A DNA stretch of 64,000 nt from Reclinomonas americana ATCC 50394 (GCA_048213135.1 PS015010.1:1364001-1428000); one strand, 5' to 3'; shown: positions 38,453-49,141, counted from the first letter of the stretch. Notes: a model not told the origin generated them from the sequence alone. A program made the numbers and translations.

Positions 38453-39493
38453 TTAATTCTTATACTTAGGCGTATGCTCTTTAAAATAATTCTCTACCGC
38501 TTCGTTCCAGTCTTTTAAAAGTCCGCTTACATTATCGTAGATGGCTTTGCTGTTGCTGTTGTACACATTACCCGCTGTATTGATGTCCTTCACGGCCTGG
38601 TTATAGTTGTCCACGTCCTGCTGTGTACGTTTGTCGCCTTTTTTATCCATTTCCTTTTTCAGCGATTCAAACTTGTCTTTTTTCATGAAATAATCCACCA
38701 TTGGCGGTATTTTTTCTTCCGCTTCTTTTTTATAAAAATTCAGCAGGTTCTTACAGCTTGTTACAAGTGAATTATCGCCCTGGAAAGCGCCCAATTGTGC
38801 CAGTTTGCCCAGGCCTTCATTTACTGTAGATACCAGGGCACTCTTATTCTGTTCAATGGCATTGAGATCGCCTTTCTTCAGCGCTTCCGATAAATACAAT
38901 TCCTGTTTGTAGCTTTTAAAGAAAATGAGGTAGGCCTTGTGGTGATACTCATTCGTGGCAGACACTTCTTTCATCATATGCGAGATGTCATCCTCGGCAT
39001 TATTCATACGCATGTTATTGCTGGCGGCAAATTTCAGTTGTACTTCCCGCATACGCTTGTTGGCGTCGCCCAGCTTTTCCGATACTTTTTCCTGGGCCAT
39101 CAGGTAGGCTTCCATCAGGTCGTAACTCTGTTCGGCGATCTCTTCCATATTCACGATCTTGCTGTAGTCCTCGTTCAGCACATTGTAATACAGTTTCAAA
39201 AAACTCACCGCGCTGTCGCGGAACGATTTGTCGCCTTTAAAAGACGGCATACCCGAAATATTCATCCTCGATTCGTTCACTTCATCCATCAGTTTGGCAC
39301 GTTGCTTTTCTACCTTGCGGGCGCTTTTGCCATGGGCTACGGCGCTGTTATAACTGAGGAATTTCTTTACCACGTTCTCCTGTTGCTGGTTGATGTACTC
39401 GTTGTATACAGCCGGGTTTTCAAAATCCTGGGCAGCACATACCAGGCTGCAACAGGTACATGCGATCAATAAAAATAGTTGGGTCAGTTTCAT
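38453..39493 (-). CDS. Secreted all-helical hypothetical protein
   Basis: Signal peptide; internal two-fold repeat (FKGDKSFRDSAVSFLKLY / FQGDNSLVTSCKNLLNFY). Confidence 0.75.
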   Translation of the reverse strand: MKLTQLFLLIACTCCSLVCAAQDFENPAVYNEYINQQQENVVKKFLSYNSAVAHGKSARKVEKQRAKLMDEVNESRMNISGMPSFKGDKSFRDSAVSFLKLYYNVLNEDYSKIVNMEEIAEQSYDLMEAYLMAQEKVSEKLGDANKRMREVQLKFAASNNMRMNNAEDDISHMMKEVSATNEYHHKAYLIFFKSYKQELYLSEALKKGDLNAIEQNKSALVSTVNEGLGKLAQLGAFQGDNSLVTSCKNLLNFYKKEAEEKIPPMVDYFMKKDKFESLKKEMDKKGDKRTQQDVDNYNQAVKDINTAGNVYNSNSKAIYDNVSGLLKDWNEAVENYFKEHTPKYKN

Positions 39494-39553
39494 TACTGGT
39501 TGGTTTGTTGGTTAAAATATATCAGGGTATGGAGTAAATATGGTATCCTTCAT

Positions 39554-41650
39554 TTAGTTCTTTGTGCCCGTCCAGTCCTGCATAATACGGCAGGCTTCTT
39601 CCAGGAAACGGTCTTTCTGCAATACGTCTATCCTCCTGCTGTTCATCTCCAGGCTTTGCGAAGAAAAGAAGCCTGCTCTTTCCTTATCAAAACTGTTATT
39701 GCTCACTTTATAGAAAACGGCTGCGCCTTCATCCGCCTTTTCAAGTTCTTTATATACGGTAATGCGTTTGCGGTAATATTCCTGGTATCCATCCCATTTC
39801 AGCGGCACATTCCTGGGGGTGTTCATATCCGCGGTAAAAGCGGTAAAACGGCTGATGGCGCCAAAATAAGGACTTGCCGCTACCCTCAGCCGGCTTTTCG
39901 CGGACAGCTCGTCTGCAGACAACGCCGCCAGGGCATTAAAGGAAGAACGTTTGCAGGTATCCTGCCGCAGTGCGGAGGCCTGGTAGCGTTCCTTCAGTCT
40001 TTCCTGCTGGTAAAGGTCGGGCAGCACCACATCGGGTACCACACCTGTCCATTGTACCGTTGTACCATCTACCCGGTAGAATTTCTGCATGGTCACTTTT
40101 TCAAAAGCAGCCGCCTGCGCATTGGGGTTCATGTCTTTCATATCGGCCGTATCCAGCGGCAGTACGACCTGCGCTGTGCCTTTACCATAGGTGTTGCCGC
40201 CTACTACCAGCGCACGATGATAATCCTGCAATACAGCAGATGTAAGTTCAGATGCCGAAGCACTGGCCCCGTTGGTGAGCAGCATCAGCGGACCATCATA
40301 CAAGGTACCCCGGTTAGGATCGCGGAGTGTGGTTACCTTACCCGATCTTTCCTTAATCAGGCAGAGCGGGCCTTCATTGATGAATATGCCCGCCAGTTCC
40401 AGCGCTTCCTGTATCGATCCGCCGCCATTATTACGGAGATCGAGCACCAGGGAGCCGATATTGTCTTTTTTAAGTTTGATGATCTCTTTAGCCACATCAT
40501 TGGCGCAGCCTTTGGCATTTTTATCCTGTTCAAAACGGGAATAAAAACCGGGCAGTTCAATATAACCGATACGGCTGCCCGAACCCGGGTCCAGCAGGAA
40601 ACTGCGCACAATATTCTCATCGCTGCTGATCCTTTCTTTTAAGAGGCTGATGGTCTTCTCCGAACCCGCGGCTGTTTTGATCACGATGGTCAGCTGCTCT
40701 GTAGCGGAACCTTCAAGCAATGCTTCCAGTTCCTCTTCCTCTTCTGCTTCGGTAGCATCGGTTTCGGTGCCTGCCGCGGTGCGTAGTTTGAGGATCACAT
40801 CGCCGGTGTGCAGCTCTCCGCTTCGCCATGCCGGTCCGCCGGGCACCAGGTAGCTGATCACAAATTCGCCGCGGTCGTTCTTTTTAATATGGATACCTGC
40901 TGTATATTCTGAGGCGCTGACAGCAGATTCGAAGGCCTGCTTTTCAGCCATATTCATGAATTCGGAATGAGGATCGTACACCCAGCTGATGCAGTTGAAA
41001 AAGAGATTCGACATTTCTTCGGCGTAATCACCGGAAGAAAGAAAACGTTTGGCACTGCGCTGTTCGCGTTTGCGCAAACGCTCCCGCAGGCCTTTCTCCA
41101 GTTCGGCAATACCCGCGGGAAGTTTATTTACACCCGCAGACGTACCATTGTCCAGCGAGTCGGTCATGTCATGCAACAACTGCCATTTATAGTATTGCGA
41201 TATGCGTGATTGCAGCGCAGGCTGGTCTGCTGCAAAATCAGCAAAGGGCCACTGCAGCGATTCCGGTTTAGAAAAGTCGAAAGGTTTGGCGAGCGCCATT
41301 GCCACCGCGCTGTCGTACTGGGCCAGTTTTTTCCTGTACAGCGGCACCAGCGCATCGAGGAACTTCCATTGCTTGCCGGTCACTTCTTCATCGAGCTGGT
41401 AGCGGAAAGTACCCAGCTGGGTCATATCATTTTTGGTAAAATACAGTTTGTACGGATCCAGTTCATTCAGCACTTTATTGAAAAGCCTGGCAGAACTGCT
41501 GTCGTCCCACACCACAGGCTGGTAGTGAAATTTTTCCATAAAACGGTACAGCAGGAAACCCTGTGTTTTAACAGGGGAAGGCGCCGGCTTCTGGGCATAC
41601 GAAACATAGCCCAGGCAGCAGCATAACATAAGCAGGTAGATCAGTTTCAT
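39554..41650 (-). CDS. Carboxy-terminal processing protease (S41, Prc/Tsp-like)
   Basis: DPHS, PDZ (LVPGGPAW), DLRNNGGGS, SASASE, TYGKGTAQ. Confidence 0.92.
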   Translation of the reverse strand: MKLIYLLMLCCCLGYVSYAQKPAPSPVKTQGFLLYRFMEKFHYQPVVWDDSSSARLFNKVLNELDPYKLYFTKNDMTQLGTFRYQLDEEVTGKQWKFLDALVPLYRKKLAQYDSAVAMALAKPFDFSKPESLQWPFADFAADQPALQSRISQYYKWQLLHDMTDSLDNGTSAGVNKLPAGIAELEKGLRERLRKREQRSAKRFLSSGDYAEEMSNLFFNCISWVYDPHSEFMNMAEKQAFESAVSASEYTAGIHIKKNDRGEFVISYLVPGGPAWRSGELHTGDVILKLRTAAGTETDATEAEEEEELEALLEGSATEQLTIVIKTAAGSEKTISLLKERISSDENIVRSFLLDPGSGSRIGYIELPGFYSRFEQDKNAKGCANDVAKEIIKLKKDNIGSLVLDLRNNGGGSIQEALELAGIFINEGPLCLIKERSGKVTTLRDPNRGTLYDGPLMLLTNGASASASELTSAVLQDYHRALVVGGNTYGKGTAQVVLPLDTADMKDMNPNAQAAAFEKVTMQKFYRVDGTTVQWTGVVPDVVLPDLYQQERLKERYQASALRQDTCKRSSFNALAALSADELSAKSRLRVAASPYFGAISRFTAFTADMNTPRNVPLKWDGYQEYYRKRITVYKELEKADEGAAVFYKVSNNSFDKERAGFFSSQSLEMNSRRIDVLQKDRFLEEACRIMQDWTGTKN

Positions 41651-41732
41651 TCGTATTCACGTATCATTTAAGCACATTGCGCTATCTCATACCAAAAAGG
41701 CAAGAACGTCGTCACATCATCCAATTATCAAA

Positions 41733-43457
41733 TTACTTCAATCCCATTCCGTCAATAATTCTCCCGATCTTATCATCCAGTTCTTTTTCGGCGGCTTCAA
41801 AACCGGCGGCATCGGCCAGTTGGGTATTCACGCTGAAATAGAATTTGATCTTGGGTTCGGTACCACTGGGGCGGGCGGATATGCGGGTGCCGTCACCCAG
41901 TTCAAACTGTAGCACATTGCTTTTAGGCAGGTCAATGGTCCAGCTTTCGCCGGTCGACAGGTTCCTGCCCACCTGCAGCTCATAATCAAGCAGTTTTTCT
42001 ACCGGAACACCGTCGATGGTTTTTGGCGGGTTGCTGCGGTAGCCTTCCATCATATCGGCGATCTCTTTGGCACCGTTCATTCCCTTTTTTGTAATGCTCA
42101 CCAGGTCTTCTTTATAAAAACCGTACTGCACATACAGGTCAACCAGTTTGTCGAACAGGCTGCGGCCTTTATTTTTTTCATAGGCCGCCATTTCGCAGAT
42201 GAGGGCTACAGCGCTTACCGCATCCTTATCGCGTATGGCATCGCCGATCATCAGCCCGAAACTTTCTTCGCCGCCGATGATGTATTTTTCTTTTCCTTCT
42301 TTTTCGCGTATCAGTTTCGATATCCATTTAAAACCGGTGAGTACATTGTAACAGGTAACACCGCTGGCTTTGGCGATCACATCAATCATATCGGTAGTCA
42401 CAATGGTCTTCACCACCATATCGTGGGGCTGCGCTATGCCTTTGGTCTTGCGGGCTTCGATCATATAGTTGAATGCCAGCAGGGCCGTTTGGTTACCATT
42501 CATCAGTATCCATTCGCCCTTGTGGTTCTTAACGCCGATACCTACACGGTCAGCATCGGGATCGGTACCCAGCAGTATGTCGGCATCCAGTTCCTGCGCT
42601 TTACGGAGACCGATGCTCATCGTTTCCTTTTCTTCCGGATTGGGATAGACAACAGTGGGGAAGTTGCCATCGGGCTGGCGTTGTTCTTCCACGATGTGTA
42701 CATTATCGAAACCAAATTTTTGCAGCACCTGCGGCACCAGCATGATGCCCGTTCCGTGTATGGGTGTGTATACGATCTTCAGGTCGTGCTGGGCGGCGCA
42801 TACTTCAGGATATACGCTCAGTCCTTTTACCATGTCCATGTAGGCCGCGTCCACATCGGCACCTATGATGGTGATGTTGGCTTCTCTCCCGCTCCATTTC
42901 ACGTCTTCCACTTTTTCAATTTTCTCCACTTCCACAATCACGTTTTTATCATGTGGAGGCACCAGTTGTGCGCCGTCATCCCAGTAGGCTTTATACCCGT
43001 TGTATTCTTTGGGGTTGTGCGAGGCGGTACACACCACACCACCTTTGCATCCAAAGTGGCGGATGGTGAAGCTCAGCTCCGGCGTGGGCCGCAGGGCTTC
43101 AAACAGGTAGACCTTAATGCCGTTGGCAGCGAATACATTCGCCGTGGTTTCGGCAAAGAAGCGGCTGTTGTTGCGGCTGTCGTGCGCTACAGCAACACTC
43201 ACCTCATCGCCAAAACTCTGTTTCAGGTAATTGGCATATCCCTGCGTGGCCATACCCACGGTGTATTTATTCATGCGGTTGGTACCCACCCCCATAATAC
43301 CTCTCAATCCGCCGGTACCGAATTCCAGGTTCTTATAAAAAGCTTCTTCCAGTTCCTGCGGATTCTCCGCCTCCATTTTTTTGATCGTGTCCTTTACTTC
43401 CTGGTCATAGTTTCCTTCCAGCCAGGCATTGATCTTTTGTTGTGTTTCCGTATTCAT
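41733..43457 (-). CDS. pgm: Phosphoglucomutase / phospho-sugar mutase
   Basis: FGTGGLRG, TASHNP, DPDADR, GGEESFG, RPSGTEPKIK. Start reassigned to MNTETQQK at 43457. Confidence 0.93.
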   Translation of the reverse strand: MNTETQQKINAWLEGNYDQEVKDTIKKMEAENPQELEEAFYKNLEFGTGGLRGIMGVGTNRMNKYTVGMATQGYANYLKQSFGDEVSVAVAHDSRNNSRFFAETTANVFAANGIKVYLFEALRPTPELSFTIRHFGCKGGVVCTASHNPKEYNGYKAYWDDGAQLVPPHDKNVIVEVEKIEKVEDVKWSGREANITIIGADVDAAYMDMVKGLSVYPEVCAAQHDLKIVYTPIHGTGIMLVPQVLQKFGFDNVHIVEEQRQPDGNFPTVVYPNPEEKETMSIGLRKAQELDADILLGTDPDADRVGIGVKNHKGEWILMNGNQTALLAFNYMIEARKTKGIAQPHDMVVKTIVTTDMIDVIAKASGVTCYNVLTGFKWISKLIREKEGKEKYIIGGEESFGLMIGDAIRDKDAVSAVALICEMAAYEKNKGRSLFDKLVDLYVQYGFYKEDLVSITKKGMNGAKEIADMMEGYRSNPPKTIDGVPVEKLLDYELQVGRNLSTGESWTIDLPKSNVLQFELGDGTRISARPSGTEPKIKFYFSVNTQLADAAGFEAAEKELDDKIGRIIDGMGLK

Positions 43458-43524
43458 ATCGTTTACATTTCCTTTCAAAAATAGAGATTTAGGTTTATCT
43501 TTACATGGTCTGAAGTATTTATTT

Positions 43525-43851
43525 ATGCGTCCACTTAAATACCTGTTACCGGTGCTTTTGTTCGCCTTCGCACTACCTGCCGCGGCACAGGAGAAGCTCA
43601 GCTTTTCGCTGAGGAGTGATAAATACGTACCTATGACTTCCGCCAATATCGCCCATATCATCCAACCACGGCCTGCCGACAATCTCCTGTACGGCTTCCC
43701 GCCCGTGGTCACCGAGGCCCAGCGCCGCAGCGAGGCCCGGGCTAAGTACCAGCGTTATCTTTTCAACAACAAGAACGGCAACGGTTTCATCGGCAACCTG
43801 CTCGGCATACAGCGGGTACGCCCGGCAAGAGGCGGTGTTCCGCGTTTTTAA
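43525..43851 (+). CDS. Small secreted hypothetical protein
   Basis: MRPLKYLLPVLLFAFALPAAAQ signal peptide; 108 aa. Confidence 0.6.
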   Translation: MRPLKYLLPVLLFAFALPAAAQEKLSFSLRSDKYVPMTSANIAHIIQPRPADNLLYGFPPVVTEAQRRSEARAKYQRYLFNNKNGNGFIGNLLGIQRVRPARGGVPRF

Positions 43852-43932
43852 TCATAATCAGCACAACCAAATCCGTTCATAATCCGTAATTGGTAATCAG
43901 TAATTAACAATTATCAGATACTTTTGCGCTTT

Positions 43933-45081
43933 ATGTTCCGGACATCAGTACATTCATCAGTTTCAGTGGCAGCCAGTCGTGTTTGGATAGCGGGGCCGCA
44001 CTCTTTTACCATAAAATTCCTGTTCAGCTTTTTTTCTTTGCTTTTGATGAGCAGTTCAGGCACTGCGCAGGATACGACTATCCGGGCAAAAATTGCTGAC
44101 AGTACAGAGCACCTTTTATTCGCAGCGGAACCCATAAGGCCATTATCTCATTTTTATTATCCTTTGCCCAAAGATTCTGCAGACATCAAAAGGGTAATGC
44201 TCTCCGATCCCAACCATTACCTGCTCACCAAAAAACAGATCCGCCGCAGGATCAATATCATCGCAGGTACCAATATCGTGGGTTACAGCGCCGCCATGGT
44301 CGGTTTGTATTCCGCCTGGTATAAGGATTACCCGCAAACCCATTTCCATAGTTTTAATGACGCGGCAGAATGGAAACAGATCGATAAAATCGGTCATGCC
44401 TATAGCGCCTATGCCGAAAGCAAGGCCAGTATGGAACTGTGGCGGTGGACAGGCATCAGCCGCAAAAAACGCATCTGGCTGGGTGGTATGAGCGGCGCCA
44501 TATACCAGACCGTCATCGAAACACTTGACGGCTTCAGCGCCGAATGGGGATGGAGCTGGAGCGACTTTGCCGCCAATATGGTAGGCAGCGGTATGCTGGT
44601 AGCGCAGGAACTGGCCTGGGATGAACAAAGGATACAGTTCAAATTCTCCTTTCACCGCAAACATTACCGCGACGCGGAACTCAATAAACAAAGCGATAAG
44701 ATCTTCGGCAATTCACTGGCCGAACGTTTTTTGAAGGATTACAACGGCCAGACCTACTGGCTCAGTGCCAATATCCGTTCGTTTTTCCCGAAATCAAAGT
44801 TTCCGGCATGGCTGAGCATCGCCATTGGCACCGGCGCAGAGGGATTATTCGGCGCTAATGAAAATATAGGTAAAGACAAGAATGATGTTATCGATTTTTA
44901 CCGGCCCGATATAAAACGTTACCGCCAGTGGTACCTGGCCCCCGATATCGATCTCACTAAAATAAAGACGAAGAAAAAAGCGATCCGGCTGGCTTTGCAG
45001 ATTCTCAATATTGTAAAATTCCCGATGCCGTCACTGGAGTATTCCAATGGGAAGTTTAAGGTGAATGCGATAACTTTTTAG
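43933..45081 (+). CDS. DUF2279/YfiM-like protein
   Basis: WKQIDKIGHAYSAY, ETLDGFS..WGWSWSDFAAN, KDYNGQTYW. Start uncertain. Confidence 0.8.
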   Translation: MFRTSVHSSVSVAASRVWIAGPHSFTIKFLFSFFSLLLMSSSGTAQDTTIRAKIADSTEHLLFAAEPIRPLSHFYYPLPKDSADIKRVMLSDPNHYLLTKKQIRRRINIIAGTNIVGYSAAMVGLYSAWYKDYPQTHFHSFNDAAEWKQIDKIGHAYSAYAESKASMELWRWTGISRKKRIWLGGMSGAIYQTVIETLDGFSAEWGWSWSDFAANMVGSGMLVAQELAWDEQRIQFKFSFHRKHYRDAELNKQSDKIFGNSLAERFLKDYNGQTYWLSANIRSFFPKSKFPAWLSIAIGTGAEGLFGANENIGKDKNDVIDFYRPDIKRYRQWYLAPDIDLTKIKTKKKAIRLALQILNIVKFPMPSLEYSNGKFKVNAITF

Positions 45082-45211
45082 ATGCGGGATATGAAATACA
45101 AGATACACGATGCCAGATAACCGATAAGTTCTCAGTATGGCGAAGTTGGAATTAACCGAAAAGTTTCCAGTCCTGCTGCTTGCTACTCAATACTTAATAC
45201 TCACTACTCCC

Positions 45212-45710
45212 TCACTCCATCCACGCCCCTTCCACTCTGCCGTCCTTCACTTCCACATAAATATGTTCGTCGAGTGTAGTGGACACCGAAAGTCCGACAT
45301 AATCCACATCTACAGGGAAAGTTTTGTGGGTACGTTCCACCAGGGCCAGGGTCTGTATTTTTTTGGGAAACTGTTCCAGCAGGGGTTTTAACGCGTAGAG
45401 CATGGTACGTCCGCTGTTGGCCACATCATCGGCCAGTATCACTACTTTATTGTTGAAGTCTGTGTTATCGCTTAAATGAATAGCACCCGGGCTTTTTTTA
45501 TCCATTGATAATTCGAGCACTTTTACCTTACCGGTGAAGCCGGCAGACAGGTAATCGCTGATGAGGCGGGCGATCACAATGCCGTTCTCTTTAATACCCA
45601 GCAGCAGCAGTTCGGGCTCACCGTCATTGCGTTCGGCTATTTCCAATGCCATGCGGCGTAATTTTTTTTTCAGCAACAGTTGCGTCGAGGATGTATTTTT
45701 TAGTACTCAT
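45212..45710 (-). pseudogene. PyrR-like phosphoribosyltransferase, frameshifted in an A9 tract
   Basis: ATG 45710 gives MSTKKYILDATVAEKK; the body LRRMALEIAERN..VILADDVANSGRT lies in another frame. Removing one A from the T9 at 45662-45670 joins them (499 nt = 498+1). Confidence 0.8.
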
Positions 45711-45986
45711 TGCGGTTACGAATGTAACGCAAAAAATCCGGGTAAACCCTGCGGTACTACGGTTTAAAATAAATAGCATCCCGCAAAACCGCGAAGACGG
45801 TTCAACTAATGTACAAATACCCAAATTATCAGTGCACTTTGTTACTTTGCGGGAGCCCCTGCTCCAACCGAAACTCTGTCCTGATTTTATGCTGATCATA
45901 ATTATACCTGCCGTATAAAAATACCTTCCGCTATATGACTGAATTCGGGAGCAATAATTACCTTAGCAGCTACAAACCCCGGCTAT

Positions 45987-47300
45987 ATGCAAATTATCCA
46001 ACAGGCGGCTTTTATCATACTCTCCGGCCTGGCCATCTGGCTTTTCGCGAAGAACATTATGCAGATCAGGCGCAACATCCTGCTGGGTAAGGACGAAGAC
46101 CTCAACGACAACAAACCGCAGCGCTGGCGTAACCTCCTGTTGCTGGCTTTCGGGCAGAAGAAAATGTTCCGTAACCCGCTGGTGGCTGTTCTGCATTTCG
46201 TAATCTATGCCGGTTTCATCATCATCAATATTGAAGTGCTGGAAATTGTGCTGGACGGCGCACTGGGTACCCACCGCCTGTTTGCACCCTATACCGGTGC
46301 CTTTTATCATTTCCTCATCAACTTTTTCGAGATACTGGCCATTGGCGTTATTGCCGTTTGCGCCATCTTCCTCATCCGCAGGAATATCATCAAACTCCGC
46401 CGTTTCATCAGCAAAGACCTGGATGGCTGGCCCCGCAGCGATGCCAACTACATCCTGCTGTCTGAGATCATCCTCATGACCCTGTTCCTCACTATGAACA
46501 GTGCCGACAGGGCTCTGCAACTCCAGGGAAGTGAACATTATCATATTACCGGCGACTTCGCCATCTCCGGTTTCATCGCCCCCCTGTTCAGCGGCATGAG
46601 TGAGAGCAGCCTCATCATTTTAGAGCGTTCCTGCTGGTGGCTGCACATCATCGGCATTTATGCTTTCCTTAATTACCTGCCTTACAGCAAACACCTGCAC
46701 ATTATGCTGGCCTTCCCCAATGCCTACTATGCCAGGCTGGAGCCCGCCGGTAAAATGGACAATATGAAAAGCATACAGAACGAAGTGCTGTATGCCATGC
46801 AACCCGAACTGGCCCCTACAGGAGAGGCCGCACCACAAAGCTTTGGTGCCAAAGATGTGTTTGAACTCAGCTGGAAAAGCCTGCTTGATGCGTACAGTTG
46901 TACCGAATGCGGAAGATGCAGCAGCGCCTGCCCGGCCAACCAGACCGGCAAACTGCTGAGCCCCCGTAAGATCATGATGGATACCCGCGACCGCCTGGAA
47001 GAAGTGGGCCGCAACATCAAGACCAATGGTGAATTTAAAGATGATGGAAAAAAACTGCTCAACGACTATATCTCCGTAGAAGAACTGAGGGCCTGCACCA
47101 CCTGCAATGCCTGTGTGCAGGAATGTCCTGTAAGCATTAACCCGCTCGATATTATCCTCGAACTGCGCCGCTCCCTCATTATGGAGGACAGCAACGCCCC
47201 GCAGGAATGGAACGTGATGTTCGGTAATATTGAGAACAACTTCGCCCCGTGGAAATTCAGTCCTGATGACAGAGATAAGTGGGTGGAGGAGATGAGTTAA
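45987..47300 (+). CDS. Membrane (Fe-S)-binding oxidoreductase subunit
   Basis: TM region with PYSKHLH; CTECGRCSSACP and CTTCNACVQECP 4Fe-4S motifs. Confidence 0.92.
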   Translation: MQIIQQAAFIILSGLAIWLFAKNIMQIRRNILLGKDEDLNDNKPQRWRNLLLLAFGQKKMFRNPLVAVLHFVIYAGFIIINIEVLEIVLDGALGTHRLFAPYTGAFYHFLINFFEILAIGVIAVCAIFLIRRNIIKLRRFISKDLDGWPRSDANYILLSEIILMTLFLTMNSADRALQLQGSEHYHITGDFAISGFIAPLFSGMSESSLIILERSCWWLHIIGIYAFLNYLPYSKHLHIMLAFPNAYYARLEPAGKMDNMKSIQNEVLYAMQPELAPTGEAAPQSFGAKDVFELSWKSLLDAYSCTECGRCSSACPANQTGKLLSPRKIMMDTRDRLEEVGRNIKTNGEFKDDGKKLLNDYISVEELRACTTCNACVQECPVSINPLDIILELRRSLIMEDSNAPQEWNVMFGNIENNFAPWKFSPDDRDKWVEEMS

Positions 47301-47373
47301 AAAGTAAAAATAAAAAAGGGAGCTTCTTAAACAGGTTCCCTTTTTGATTTTTGCCTTTTTACTTTTGACTTTA
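47299..47373. repeat. Inverted heptamer arrays flanking a hairpin (probable terminator)
   Basis: TAAAAAG TAAAAA TAAAAAAGGGAGC...GTTCCCTTTTTGA TTTTTGC CTTTTTA CTTTTGA CTTT. Confidence 0.65.
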
Positions 47374-47377
47374 CAAC

Positions 47378-47404
47378 AAAAAAGCCGGCGCTTTCGCAAC
47401 CGGC
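47378..47404 (-). terminator. Intrinsic terminator downstream of the T9SS cargo gene
   Basis: Minus strand GCCGGTTGCGAAAGCGCCGGC-TTTTTT. Confidence 0.75.
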
Positions 47405-47435
47405 CCTGTGTTTATCGTGTCAACTGCTGGTTTAA

Positions 47436-48443
47436 TTAATTCTTTACGAATTTCAGTACTTTCTCTTTTCCTGTTCCTTTGTTGATCAGCTTAACGAGGT
47501 AGAGGCCTGATGGTAATGTGGGAAGCTGAACAATATTAGAAGATAAAGAAGGCGTGTTGTATACAATCGCCGAGGCGCTGTTGATCACCGTCATAGACCA
47601 GTCCCTGCTGTTGCCCAGTTCAGACACATACAGCTGGTTGCCCGGGTTGGGGTTGGGACCGATGGTGATATCACGTGTGGCACTACCGGTAATGGTGGCA
47701 CCAATTACCTGGGAATAGGTCTTGTTGCCGTTAAGATCCGTCATTTCCAAACGGTAGTAGTACATGCCATTGGAGAGGTTCGCGTCGGTATAAGTATATT
47801 CTTTTGATGAGGATGAATTACCGGCACCATTGATGGTAGTGATGCTGCTCCAGTTGCGGGCATCGGTACTGCGCTGAACAGTGTAAGAGCGGTTGTTTGT
47901 TTCCGTGGCGCTCACCCATTTCAGGTAAACAGCGTTGGTGCCCTGCAGGCGGCCGTTGAAGCTGGCCAGGGTTACCGCAAGGGTTCCCCCGGAAGATACA
48001 TTGCAGGTAGAGCTCTGGTAAGAGAGGCCCGGTCCCTGTGCAATGATGGTTACCGTATTGCAGTTCAGGCTGCTGGTAGAAGCGGAAGCACAATCAGTAG
48101 TGCCGCGGTAAGGATTGGAAACACTGGTTACCGAGCCGGCACCGCCATTGAGCGGAAGGCTGAAAAAGTTACCGTCGCTGCCGCAGTTCAGTGAACCCTG
48201 GAGGGTATACATAGCCGAAGGAATGTTGCTGCCGCTGAACGACACTTTGTAGTTCATCTGCACATTGTAATTGTAACCATTCGGGCAGGATGACGGAACA
48301 ATCAGCGAAACAGGGGTGATCTGCACCGATACCGTATAGCCGTCAGACGAAGTAAAAGTGCACTGCGCTTCGGAATTTACGGAGATAAATAGTAGGGAAA
48401 TTACTGCTAAAGCACAGTAAAAGTGAGTAGAAATTTTCTTCAT
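47436..48443 (-). CDS. T9SS type-A sorting-domain secreted protein
   Basis: Signal peptide; LAVTLASFNG..LKWVSATETN..VQRSTD..YYYRLEMTDLNG Ig domain; CTD IGPNP..LPSGLYLVKL..KFVKN. Confidence 0.9.
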   Translation of the reverse strand: MKKISTHFYCALAVISLLFISVNSEAQCTFTSSDGYTVSVQITPVSLIVPSSCPNGYNYNVQMNYKVSFSGSNIPSAMYTLQGSLNCGSDGNFFSLPLNGGAGSVTSVSNPYRGTTDCASASTSSLNCNTVTIIAQGPGLSYQSSTCNVSSGGTLAVTLASFNGRLQGTNAVYLKWVSATETNNRSYTVQRSTDARNWSSITTINGAGNSSSSKEYTYTDANLSNGMYYYRLEMTDLNGNKTYSQVIGATITGSATRDITIGPNPNPGNQLYVSELGNSRDWSMTVINSASAIVYNTPSLSSNIVQLPTLPSGLYLVKLINKGTGKEKVLKFVKN

Positions 48444-48634
48444 GATTTGGAGGTATTTTTACGTTTCAGACCGTAAAATTACGCAAATGTTTAAACATTG
48501 GTTTTATGTATTATGTAAATTTTACGCATGTATCCTCATAAACAACTGAATATCAGTACAAAAAAAATTATCCACATTTGCAACCACCAGCTTCCGGGAA
48601 CGATGCCAGGGAAAAAACATCCGTAATTTTAGGT

Positions 48635-49057
48635 ATGCCAACCTGGGTACTATATGCCATTGCTTCCGCTCTTTTTGCAGCGCTTACCGCCGTTTTTGCC
48701 AAAGCCGGGCTGAAAAATATGGAGGCCGACCTGGCTACGGCGATCCGCACCGTCATTATCCTGCTGATCACCTGGGGTGTGGTCTTTTATAAAGGGCTGC
48801 AGTCCGACATTGCCGGGCTCACCCGCAGCAACTGGCTCTTTCTCTCGCTTTCCGCAGTAGCCACCGGTCTTTCCTGGTTGTTTTACTACCGGGCATTGCA
48901 GCTGGGCAAAGTATCAGACGTGAGTATTATTGATAAAGGCAGTGTAGTATTTACCCTCATCCTGGCTTTCATCTTCCTCAAAGAACCGCTCACCCCCCGC
49001 CTGCTGCTGGGCGGCGCCCTCGTGCTTTCGGGTATGCTGGTGATCGTATGGAAATAG
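48635..49057 (+). CDS. EamA/DMT-family small transporter
   Basis: FAALTAVFAKAG, SWLFYYRALQLG..IDKGS..FLKE. Start reassigned to ATG 48635. Confidence 0.88.
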   Translation: MPTWVLYAIASALFAALTAVFAKAGLKNMEADLATAIRTVIILLITWGVVFYKGLQSDIAGLTRSNWLFLSLSAVATGLSWLFYYRALQLGKVSDVSIIDKGSVVFTLILAFIFLKEPLTPRLLLGGALVLSGMLVIVWK

Positions 49058-49092
49058 CCCCTGCCGCCAATCCATTCCTCCCCTGCTTTTTG

Positions 49093-49100
49093 TACCTTTG
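49093..49100 (+). promoter_or_regulatory. -7 promoter element of valS
   Basis: TACCTTTG ~40 nt before the ATG. Confidence 0.7.
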
Positions 49101-49141
49101 CCGTCCTGAAAATCAACAGGCCCGATAAAGTATATTCAATA

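Noticed and set aside
39479-40642. 387-aa plus ORF (also 42423-43484, 53853-54908, 22758-23645, 13121-14020)
   Set aside because: Antisense to well-supported genes (S41 protease, pgm, ahcY, phosphorylase, shell protein).
43458-43712. N-terminal extensions in the ORF track (pgm; also dapF, pcm, rhodanese, EamA, ahcY)
   Set aside because: They overlap neighbouring genes or promoters; downstream ATGs give family-typical N-termini.
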